Positions 28,368-36,607 of a DNA stretch of 64,000 bases are shown in pieces. The stretch's first letter is position 1. Each line of letters begins with the position of its first letter. The notes under the pieces are model-generated. The model saw nothing but the letters and a program-made list of their open reading frames with translations. It did no database searches and was not told the origin of the DNA. A program made the position numbers and the translations under genes. Origin of the DNA: Phycisphaerales bacterium (lineage in GTDB: Bacteria; Planctomycetota; Phycisphaerae; Phycisphaerales; UBA1924); NCBI GenBank assembly GCA_965228265.1, contig OZ245804.1, forward strand, positions 207,298 to 271,297, in the 5' to 3' direction.

Positions 28368-29387
28368 TCAAGTGAACACCGAGACAGTCGTCAGATCACC
28401 CTCACCGACTTTCTGGTGAACCCGGTGGTGCCCGAATGATGCGATCACCTGAGCATTCGTCATTGCGTGGTCGCTGAGTGAACCAGTGAGGAACGCCCCA
28501 CCGCCGGCAAGGGCGAGCGGCAACATCAGCTGGTCGGCCAGATGCTCCCAGACGGGGACGCCAGCGGCGAGGTATTTCTGGACCTCCTTCGCCGCGTTAG
28601 ACGCGACTCGCTCGGCGGAAACGCCGCGCTCCCCGAAGCCCGTGAATACCTCGGTGATGTCCTCCCGCTGAACGATGAGGCTCAGGGTGTTGCCGGGGCC
28701 GGCGCTCTCCTGAACCTGCTCGATCTGGAGACAGTCATCCTCCCAGCCGAGCATCGTGTTGATCGTGTTCAGCTCGCGCTTGGCGATTGCTCCATCGAGA
28801 GCGGCGATCGTGGCGACTGCTCGGCGCGCGACAACCGGTCTCACCTCGACGAGTTCAATCGGTGACAGGCGCTCGGCCGGTTCAATGTCGACGCGGATCT
28901 GCCCGCCGCCACCGGGGTAGAAGCCGTGGCGGTCGAGATGGATGCGGACCCTCGGCCCCATCCGTTCCAAGAGCGGAAGAAACGCATGAGTAAGATAGGT
29001 AACACTTGGCGCAAACAAGTTGTGTGTCCCGCCTGTGATGGTGAGCGTTGAGGGTTCCTTTGCAAGCATGAGCGCCGGAAGCACGGTCTGTAGGACGAGC
29101 GTTGTGCTTCCCGCTGTGCCGATCGCAAAGCTGTACACCCCACCGCGAACGGGACCAGGTCTGAACTCAAGGGCAATCGATCCGATCTCGGCGCCGATAG
29201 CGCTGGCGCCGCACACCTCTGCCGCAGCGAGCGTGGAGGTCAGATGCTGCCGAAGCAAGCCCGGCTTTGGCCGATTGACGCGGATGTTCTCGATGCGAAA
29301 GGGTTGGCCCGTGACCATGGACAGGGCGAGAGCAGTCCGCAGGATCTGCCCGCCGCCCTCGCCCTGGCTGCCGTCGATCTTAATCAT
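28368..29387 (-). CDS. rtcA: RNA 3'-terminal phosphate cyclase
   Basis: MIKIDGSQGEGGGQILRTALALSMVTGQPFRIENIR...HLTST. 339 aa. Confidence 0.9.
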   Translation of the reverse strand: MIKIDGSQGEGGGQILRTALALSMVTGQPFRIENIRVNRPKPGLLRQHLTSTLAAAEVCGASAIGAEIGSIALEFRPGPVRGGVYSFAIGTAGSTTLVLQTVLPALMLAKEPSTLTITGGTHNLFAPSVTYLTHAFLPLLERMGPRVRIHLDRHGFYPGGGGQIRVDIEPAERLSPIELVEVRPVVARRAVATIAALDGAIAKRELNTINTMLGWEDDCLQIEQVQESAGPGNTLSLIVQREDITEVFTGFGERGVSAERVASNAAKEVQKYLAAGVPVWEHLADQLMLPLALAGGGAFLTGSLSDHAMTNAQVIASFGHHRVHQKVGEGDLTTVSVFT

Positions 29388-30877
29388 CGGCCTTGTCCCC
29401 GTCCTTGATCACGAAGCGTGCTTCGAGGCGTGCAATCTCGGTCGCGAGATCTGCTTCCTCGACGGAGCGCAGCACCTCGTCGAAGTCCTTGTACGCCGCG
29501 GGAGCCTCATCGATCGGATAGTTCCGGCAATTCGTGAGGATGTCACGCTCCTTGAATGACGCGTCGATCGCGCCCTGGTCGAGCGCCTTGGCGGCGGCTC
29601 GGCGACCGAGCGCTCGGCCTGCGCCGTGATTCACGCTGTAGCACGACTTGACGGCACCCTCGTTTGCGACCATGACGGACGAGCCCGCCTGCGGATTGCC
29701 CGGGAGAAGAATGGGGTGGCCCGTCTTCTCGAATAGTGTGCCCTTGAGCGCGTGGTGGCCCCCGGGAAACGCGCGAGTCGCGCCCTTGCGGTGCACCCAG
29801 TGCGGCTTGTTGTCCAATATCTCCTGGCGCGCGATGTTATGGCTGATGAAATACACCAGGCGACCCGTCACGCCAGGCAGAACCTCCTGAAATGCTTCGA
29901 GCACGAGCGCGTTGATGAGAAGATGGTTCACGGTCGCGAAGTTGGCACCGAGCGCCATGTCGTCAAGGTAGGCATTGGCTTGGTCGCTCCCCAGCGGCGC
30001 GTGCACGAGCTGGCGATCGTTGCCCGGCAGCGGGATGCCCCAGGTCGCAAAGTGCTGCTCAAGTGACTTGAACTGACTTGACGCGAGATCGTGCCCGAGA
30101 CCGCGTGAGCCGCAGTGCGAGAGGAACGCCACGCCACCATCGCGGAGACCGAAGACTTCGGCAGCTTGGTGCGCACGCTCGCCCTCGCGGACGCGCACGA
30201 CCTCGCACTCGCCGAAGTGGTTGCCCCCGCCGTAGGAGCCGAGCTGGCGGATCTTGCCCGGGAGCTTGTTGCGGAATCGGCCCTCCTGCTTGAGGAATTC
30301 AAGGCGTGCAAGAAGGCCCTCGGTCGAGCCTTCGTGCGCGAAGTGGGCGCTGTCTTCGCAGCGGTCGGCCCATTCGGGCGGGATACCGAGTTCATTGCAC
30401 ACACCGGCGGACGCGCCCTCGGTAATCACGCGCTCGCCGATTGCGTCATCAACGAGACGCGACTTGGATGCATGGCGCTGGCCTCGGCCTGCGCCGGTAG
30501 GCGTGCGCTCGCAGATGGCATCAATGATCGCCCGGCGCGTGCGTACATCACGGACAGCGTCCTCGTCGATGTCGATCGCAAGAAGACTCATCGAACACTT
30601 GATGTCGACACCGACGGGGCCGGGGTAGATATGCGTTGGGCTTGCCATGACGCAGCCGACCGGGGTGCCGTAGCCCACGTGCGCGTCCGGGTTGAGCACA
30701 AGGTGCGACACACCCGGCGCGGTGGCGGAATTGATGGCCTGCTGGATGCACTGCTCGTCGAACGTCTCGCGGATAGCGGGAGTTCCGATGACGGTGACGG
30801 GCTTCTGGTTGGTCGGGAGCGGCAGCATCGCGGTAGCCTCGCCGGTCTCGATGAATGGATTTGTTGACTCGGACATG
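29380..30877 (-). CDS. rtcB: RNA-splicing ligase RtcB
   Basis: Motifs NPDAHVGYG, YGGGNHFGE, NHAGAGR. Start set at MSESTNPF (ATG 30877) because the longer ORF would run into the tRNA-His gene. Confidence 0.9.
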
Positions 30878-30935
30878 ATTGATCTCCGTACAGAGTGGAG
30901 TGCTACAGGAATGGAAATTGATGATACTGAACAAG

Positions 30936-31010
30936 GGTGAACGAAGGGGCTCGAACTCTCAACCCCCGGGCTCACAACCCGGTGCTCTGCCCAATTGAGC
31001 TACGCTCACC
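30936..31010 (-). tRNA. tRNA-His (anticodon GTG) with encoded G-1
   Basis: Folded by hand: G-1, acceptor GTGAGCG/CGTTCAC, D arm GCTCAATTGGGCAGAGC, anticodon arm CCGGG-TTGTGAG-CCCGG, T loop TTCGAGC, discriminator C. Confidence 0.8.
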
Positions 31011-31022
31011 ATCGCAACGAAA

Positions 31023-31098
31023 CAGCCTCGGCAGGACTCGAACCTGCGACCCCCGCATTCGTAGTGCGGCGCTCTGATTCCGACTGAGCTACGAGGCT
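31023..31098 (-). tRNA. tRNA-Arg (anticodon ACG)
   Basis: Acceptor AGCCTCG/CGAGGCT, anticodon arm CCGCA-CTACGAA-TGCGG, T arm GCAGG-TTCGAGT-CCTGC. Confidence 0.8.
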
Positions 31099-31115
31099 TC
31101 GAACTTGTTTGTCAA

Positions 31116-31189
31116 TCTGGGTGAGAGGACTCGAACCTCTGGCCTCGTGCTTCCAAGGCACGCGCTCTGCCAAGCTGAGCTACACCCAG
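31116..31189 (-). tRNA. tRNA-Pro (anticodon TGG)
   Basis: C1:G72 acceptor CTGGGTG/CACCCAG, D arm GCTCAGCTTGGCAGAGC, anticodon arm CGTGC-CTTGGAA-GCACG, T arm AGAGG-TTCGAGT-CCTCT, discriminator A. Confidence 0.8.
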
Positions 31190-31215
31190 TCGATTGCTTT
31201 CGTTCACGAATCGAA

Positions 31216-31289
31216 TAGCTCCGGCAGGAGTCGAACCTGCAACGAACGGTTTCTAAGACCGCCGCCTCTACCAATTGGGCTACGGAGCC
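31216..31289 (-). tRNA. Atypical tRNA: anticodon UAG (nominally Leu) but class-I (5-nt variable loop) architecture
   Basis: Acceptor GGCTCCG/CGGAGCT (G1-U72 wobble), weak D stem, anticodon arm GCGGT-CTTAGAA-ACCGT, T arm GCAGG-TTCGACT-CCTGC. No long variable arm. Confidence 0.5.
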
Positions 31290-31334
31290 GAGTCTTTGAA
31301 TCGTGACCGCACGCTTTCGCGCGGGGTCACGGGG

Positions 31335-32666
31335 TTAGGGGTTTGCGTTGGCCTGCTTCTGGCGGATCAGCGAGCCGATCTGCTCGGACAGGTCGCCCGA
31401 GCCGAGCACGAAGGTTGCGTTGGCTCCCTTCATGATCTCCTGCAGCGCCTCGAGTTCCTTCATGCGAGCGAGCACGGGGTTCTCCGCGAGCAGCTTGGCG
31501 GTGTTCGCCTGGCTGCGCGCGGCCGCGGTCTCCTCGCGACGACGGATGAGGTTGGCCTCGGCCTGCTTCTGGGCGATGATGACCTCGTTGAGGATGGTCT
31601 TCATGTCGCCCGGCAGGATGAGGTCCCGCAGGCCGACACCGGAAACAGCGACACCGAATGCGTTTGCCTTCGGCGAGATCGTGTTGGCGATCTCGGAAGA
31701 TACCTCGTCCTTGTCGGCGAGGAGCCTCTCGAGGGTCCGCCCCCCCACCGCGGTGCGGAGCGCGAGCTGCGCCTCGCGGTAGAGCGCCTGCTTCCACTCG
31801 GTGACCTCCGTCACCGCCTTGAGCGGATCGATCACACGGAAGGTCACCACGAGGTTGACCCGCAGCGAGACCTTGTCCGAGGTCAGGATCTCCTGACCCT
31901 GGATGTCCTCGATCTGCTCGCGCAGATCCACGGACTTCCAGGTGATGTTCGAGCCGCCCTTCCAGTAGACGTAGAGACCTGCGCCGACCTGGTCGATGAG
32001 CTCGCCATCACGGAAGATCAGGACGGTCTCGTGCGATTCGGCCCTGATGCCGGTGAAGGCGTTTGCCGAACCCGGCAGAAGAAGGACGGGCTCGATCTTT
32101 GGGTGATCGAAGCGGACATCGTTGACGGTGTACCGCTCGACCTTGATCGAGACGCCCTCGTTCCAGTAGGCGTGGATGCCCTTGGCGAGGACGGCGTTCA
32201 GGCGGCCGTCCACCCAAACGAGCGCACGCTCATCATCCTTAAGGTCGATTACTGTGAGTCTCGACGCGAGTCGCTCGTCCTCGATGAGAGTGCGGAGCCT
32301 TGCGTGCGTGAATCTCGGCTCGCAGATGTCGATGACCTCGACGTTGGCCGAGCCCGCCCAGAAGGCGTGACGCCCCTCATCGATAACTTCCTCGAGACAA
32401 TTGTCCACCCACACGAGCGCGATCTCGCGCTTGCGGAGGTTGATGACCTCGAGCAGATCCGACAACAGGTGGTTCTGAGTCAACGCCTTGAGCTGGTCGT
32501 GTTCGAACCTTGGCATGAGAGTGTCGACCACTTCGATGCGGTCCCTGGATGACCAGGGCCAGACGCGAGGCAGACGACGCACGCCATGACCGACGACCTT
32601 GTAGAGGTCGTTATGACGGAACCAAAGCCCGAGTTCGTTGTTTCTGATGCGGTATGTGTTCCACAT
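31335..32666 (-). CDS. SPFH/band-7 (slipin-like) protein with N-terminal repeat region
   Basis: C-terminal SPFH domain ...ILTSDKVSLRVNLVVTFRVIDPLKAV...QALYREAQLALRTAVGGRTLERLLADKDEVS...AQKQAEANLIRRRE. N-terminus has about three ~60-aa repeats (ALVWVD...HAFWAG / HAYWNEG). Start at MWNTYRIR (32666). Confidence 0.7.
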   Translation of the reverse strand: MWNTYRIRNNELGLWFRHNDLYKVVGHGVRRLPRVWPWSSRDRIEVVDTLMPRFEHDQLKALTQNHLLSDLLEVINLRKREIALVWVDNCLEEVIDEGRHAFWAGSANVEVIDICEPRFTHARLRTLIEDERLASRLTVIDLKDDERALVWVDGRLNAVLAKGIHAYWNEGVSIKVERYTVNDVRFDHPKIEPVLLLPGSANAFTGIRAESHETVLIFRDGELIDQVGAGLYVYWKGGSNITWKSVDLREQIEDIQGQEILTSDKVSLRVNLVVTFRVIDPLKAVTEVTEWKQALYREAQLALRTAVGGRTLERLLADKDEVSSEIANTISPKANAFGVAVSGVGLRDLILPGDMKTILNEVIIAQKQAEANLIRRREETAAARSQANTAKLLAENPVLARMKELEALQEIMKGANATFVLGSGDLSEQIGSLIRQKQANANP

Positions 32667-33032
32667 GGGACGGCTCCTTTCTTTGAAGCTCAAGGGGATT
32701 GAAACGAAACGGAAACGTTTGTTGAAATGCGAGCAGAGAGGTCCTTCCGAGCCAGCGCCCCGGTTGGCGGCGGGGATCGGCTTGAGAACCGGCAGTGAGC
32801 GTGCGGCAGACGGAACTCGGGAGCGATCCGCACGCCTCCTTCGGGAGACGATCTGGAACGCCCGGTCGTGCCGGGCCGCGTTGCTTTGTCGGTTCGGTAT
32901 CCGCGGATCCGCGAGCCGCGTCGCGGGTGCCTGGCCGTCGATGCGTCGGCGCTGGGCGCCTTGCATCGCACGGGTCGGCTGCGCTCGGGTGGATGGCTAC
33001 CCCTCGACTCGCTCATGTGCTTGCCCTTAACC

Positions 33033-33082
33033 GGAGCGAGCGGGGGGAGTCGAACCCCAGTCTTTTTGAAGACTTACCAGTT
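33033..33082 (-). pseudogene. tRNA 3'-half remnant (T arm TGGGG-TTCGACT-CCCCC + acceptor CGCTCGC), no 5' half
   Basis: Canonical T loop and acceptor 3' strand, but no matching 5' acceptor or D arm upstream. Confidence 0.4.
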
Positions 33083-33155
33083 GTAACGAGACCGGATTTG
33101 AACCGGCTACCGTCGAGTTCTCAACTCGATGCTCTACCAAATGAGCTACTCGTGA
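33083..33155 (-). tRNA. tRNA-like gene, anticodon GAG, class-I architecture with C2-U71 mismatch (possible pseudo-tRNA)
   Basis: D arm GCTCATTTGGTAGAGC, anticodon arm TCGAG-TTGAGAA-CTCGA, T arm GCCGG-TTCAAAT-CCGGT, acceptor TCACGAG/CTCGTTA. Confidence 0.4.
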
Positions 33156-33240
33156 TGCTTTGCCCCGCCGACAGAACCCTGAGTCGCGAGACACGGGGCG
33201 CCGATCGGCACCGCGTCGCAGGACGACGGGGCGCCACAAA

Positions 33241-33313
33241 TGGATGCCGAGGGAATCGAACCCTTTCCCGGCGGGGGACAAATCTCCCCGCCGGGGCCGC
33301 CTGGCAGCGATCC
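33241..33313 (-). other. tRNA-like element with canonical T arm (GGGTTCGATTCCC) but over-long anticodon-region stem and 2 acceptor mismatches
   Basis: GGATCGC...CGGCGGGGAGATTTGTCCCCCGCCG...AGGGTTCGATTCCCTCGGCATCCA. Confidence 0.3.
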
Positions 33314-33521
33314 GTACATGAACGTGTGCAAACCCCGGGTTGTCAGAGAGGCGAGGAGCCGTGCGGCTCGACATGACATATGCAGAAAGCGTGCCAGTTC
33401 GAAGAGACATTCAAAATATGCCCTGATGGCGCCAGAACGCCGTTTTAAAGATTCATGTACAAATGATGCTTGGCAAAGTATGATCTGCCCATATCGCTTT
33501 TGATATATATGGATCATCTCT

Positions 33522-35138
33522 ATGCCCAACCCGAAATCGCCACCTCGCAAAAAAACCGTCGTCATCGGCATCCTCGGAACCACCCTCGATGCGGGCAAGG
33601 GGGCCAAGCGATGGGAACGCTGGCGGCCCACCGTCTCGCTCTGCCAACACGAGGACCTGCTCGTCGACAGACTCGATCTGCTGCATGACAGACGGTCAAC
33701 ATCTCTTGCCAACACGATCATCGAAGACATCGCCAGTGTGTCTCCCGAGACAAAGGTTGTTGAGCACGACGTCGAGATGCTCGATCCGTGGGACTTTGAG
33801 GAGGTCTACGGCCTACTTCACGAGTTTGCTTCGGGCTATCCCTTTGACACAGAGCTTGAGGAATACCTCGTTCATATCACGACCGGCTCACACGTGGCGC
33901 AGATCTGTAACTTTCTACTCACGGAGGCACGGTACTTCCCCGCGAGGCTCATTCAGTCGAGCCCGGCGCGCAAAGCAGAAGAACGGGCCGGCAACTACAG
34001 CATTATCGATCTGGATCTCTCGAAGTACGACCGTCTCGCGTCACGCTTTGAGCGCGAGCACACGGACGCCATCGCCTCACTGAAAGGAGGCATCGCGACC
34101 CGCAACCCCGCGTTTAACAGCCTGATCGAGAGGATCGAGCACGTTTCCGCCCGCACCACCGACCCGCTCCTGATCACAGGGCCCACCGGCGCCGGGAAAT
34201 CACGGCTCGCAGGGAGGATCTTTGAGCTCCGCAGGCACCGTCGACTCGTGGAAGGGAAGCTCGTTGAGGTCAACTGCGCCACATTGCGAGGCGACGGCGC
34301 GATGTCGACACTCTTTGGACACAAGAAAGGAGCCTTCACGGGCGCCATGGCCGATCGTCCCGGGCTTCTCCGCTCGGCGGACGGTGGGATGCTGTTTCTC
34401 GATGAGATCGGTGAACTCGGGCTCGACGAGCAAGCGATGCTTTTACGCGCGATCGAAGAGAAGCGGTTTCTCCCTCTCGGGGCCGACACGGAGGTACGGA
34501 GTGATTTCCAGCTCATCGCGGGCACGAACCGCGACCTGGGCGCCCGGGTGCACGAGGGGCTCTTCCGTGAGGACCTGCTCGCACGGATCAACCTCTGGAC
34601 GTTCTGTCTGCCGAGCCTTCGCGAACGGCCCGAGGACATCGAACCGAACCTTGAGTTCGAACTCGAGCGTTTCGCACGGGAACGTGGCCGACTCATCCGG
34701 TTCAGCGCCGAGGCGAGAGAGCGATTCCTAGCCTTTGCGATCCGATCCGATTCGAGCTGGAAGGGTAACTTCCGCGATCTCGGTGCGGCACTCACGCGGA
34801 TGGCGACGCTCGCGCCCGGGGGGAGGATATCGAGCGATATCGTCGACGAAGAGATATCAAGGCTCAGAATTCAATGGCAGAGCCATGAATCGCAATCCGA
34901 TGACGCGGAGCTTCTGGGTTACTTTGATGCCGATCGGCTTGCCGAGATCGACTTGTTCGACAGGGTGCAGCTCGCTGCGGTGCTCCGGGTGTGCCGGGAT
35001 TCGGCCTCGCTCTCAGACGCGGGGCGTAAGCTCTTTGGAGCCTCGAGAGAGAAACGCTCAACGGTCAACGACTCCGATCGTGTCCGGAAGTACTTGGCGA
35101 AGTTTCGGCTGAGCTGGGACCGGTTGCACGGTACCTGA
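33522..35138 (+). CDS. rtcR: Sigma-54-dependent transcriptional regulator RtcR (N-terminal CARF, AAA+ sigma54-activator domain, C-terminal HTH)
   Basis: Walker A ITGPTGAGKS. Sigma54-activator GAFTGA motif (GHKKGAFTGAMADRPGLL). Arg-finger region LFREDLLARINLW. RtcR-type CARF N-domain. Confidence 0.85.
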   Translation: MPNPKSPPRKKTVVIGILGTTLDAGKGAKRWERWRPTVSLCQHEDLLVDRLDLLHDRRSTSLANTIIEDIASVSPETKVVEHDVEMLDPWDFEEVYGLLHEFASGYPFDTELEEYLVHITTGSHVAQICNFLLTEARYFPARLIQSSPARKAEERAGNYSIIDLDLSKYDRLASRFEREHTDAIASLKGGIATRNPAFNSLIERIEHVSARTTDPLLITGPTGAGKSRLAGRIFELRRHRRLVEGKLVEVNCATLRGDGAMSTLFGHKKGAFTGAMADRPGLLRSADGGMLFLDEIGELGLDEQAMLLRAIEEKRFLPLGADTEVRSDFQLIAGTNRDLGARVHEGLFREDLLARINLWTFCLPSLRERPEDIEPNLEFELERFARERGRLIRFSAEARERFLAFAIRSDSSWKGNFRDLGAALTRMATLAPGGRISSDIVDEEISRLRIQWQSHESQSDDAELLGYFDADRLAEIDLFDRVQLAAVLRVCRDSASLSDAGRKLFGASREKRSTVNDSDRVRKYLAKFRLSWDRLHGT

Positions 35139-35287
35139 GACTCTTTCTTGCTGGCGGTGCTGATGTCCAGTGCGTGTACTCTGAAGCCTGAGTTCTATTG
35201 GCGAGTGGATTCGAGAGCCTTGACGCTTTCTAGAGCGAGCCGCGGTGTGGAACAGTTATACAACCCATCCGTAGAGACCCGTTAGAG

Positions 35288-36607
35288 ATGCCACACGTTG
35301 CTTTCGTCTCGATGTCGGGCTTTCGGGTGCATGAGGCATCACTGGCGGAACTCGGCATGACCCTTCCCGGGCTGGCCGGGCGGGCCAGAGCGATCACGGC
35401 TCTTCCCCCGCTTGGCCTGCTCACCCTCGCAGGGCTCACGCCGGGCTCTTGGGATGTGAGCCTGTTTGAATCGCCGACTGTGACGGACGACCTTGTCGAA
35501 CGTATCGCCGGTAAGCGCCCGACGCTCGTCGCCATCTCCGCCTTGACGGCCTCGATTCTGGAGGCGTATTCGCTGGCCGATACGCTGCGTGCCCTCGGGA
35601 TCGCGGTTGTCCTTGGAGGTTTGCATGTCACGGCGTGCCCGATCGAGGCGGGTCGTCACGCGGATGCGATCGTGATCGGTGAGGGCGAGCCAGTCTGGGC
35701 GTCACTCCTTCGGGACGCGGAGCGAGGGAAGCTCAGGCCCGAATACCGGGCCAGGGCTCCGTTTGATCTGGCTCTGGCACCGCTTCCAAGGTTTGATCTG
35801 CTCGGCAAGGATGAACGTCCGCGCTACACGCTGCAGGCGACCCGCGGCTGCCCGTTTGCCTGTGATTTCTGCGCGGCGAGCAGGCTTCTTGGCCCGTTCC
35901 GAACGAAACCTCCCGAGCGGATCGCCGCGGAGCTCGACGCGATCAGAGCCATGGATGCGCGTCCGTTTCTTGAACTCGCCGACGACAACACCTTTGCACA
36001 GGGCGGCCCGCACGACGAACTGCTTGAAGTCATGGGGTCATCGGGTGCGCGGTGGTTTACCGAATCGGACTGGCGTGTCGGGGAGAATGCCGCGTTGCTC
36101 GGGAAGCTCGCCGATGCTGGGTGTGTTCAGCTGCTCATCGGTCTCGAATCCCTTGTCCACGAGCACCGAGGCATGGGAGCCAAGCGAACTTCGATGGATC
36201 GCATGATGGACGCCGTGGAGAGCATCCAGCACGCAGGGATCGCGGTGATCGGGTGCTACATAGTCGGCAGCGACGGCGAAACCCCCAAGACAATCGATCG
36301 CCTTCGCTGTTTCCTCGATTCGGACCCGTGCGCGGACGCCCAGATCACGCTTCAGACACCATTCCCGGGGACCGCCCTTCGCAAGCGATTGCACGCCGAG
36401 AGTCGCTTGCTCCGTGACAGGGATTGGTCGCACTGCACGCTCTTCGATGTCACCTACCAACCAGACAAGATGTCAGTCAGCGATCTGGAGCACGGCTTTC
36501 GGCAGCTCCTGATCGATGCGTTTGGCTTTACTCCGACACGCCGCCGGAGAGAGATTCGTCGCACCACATGGGCTCGGAATCCCTCGCTTGCAAGAGGAGC
36601 GTTCTGA
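35288..36607 (+). CDS. B12-binding-domain radical SAM protein
   Basis: N-terminal cobalamin-binding-like domain (AISALTASILEAY...VVLGGLHVT) followed by radical SAM CxxxCxxC (TRGCPFACDFCA). Confidence 0.8.
   Translation: MPHVAFVSMSGFRVHEASLAELGMTLPGLAGRARAITALPPLGLLTLAGLTPGSWDVSLFESPTVTDDLVERIAGKRPTLVAISALTASILEAYSLADTLRALGIAVVLGGLHVTACPIEAGRHADAIVIGEGEPVWASLLRDAERGKLRPEYRARAPFDLALAPLPRFDLLGKDERPRYTLQATRGCPFACDFCAASRLLGPFRTKPPERIAAELDAIRAMDARPFLELADDNTFAQGGPHDELLEVMGSSGARWFTESDWRVGENAALLGKLADAGCVQLLIGLESLVHEHRGMGAKRTSMDRMMDAVESIQHAGIAVIGCYIVGSDGETPKTIDRLRCFLDSDPCADAQITLQTPFPGTALRKRLHAESRLLRDRDWSHCTLFDVTYQPDKMSVSDLEHGFRQLLIDAFGFTPTRRRREIRRTTWARNPSLARGAF

Noticed and set aside
31275-32552. 425-aa plus-strand ORF
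   Set aside because: It is antisense to the well-supported SPFH gene.
33241-33313. Possible tRNA-Sec or genuine tRNA
   Set aside because: There is no UCA anticodon and no 8/5 acceptor/T geometry. There are two acceptor mismatches and no 7-nt anticodon loop, so it is kept only as a tRNA-like element.
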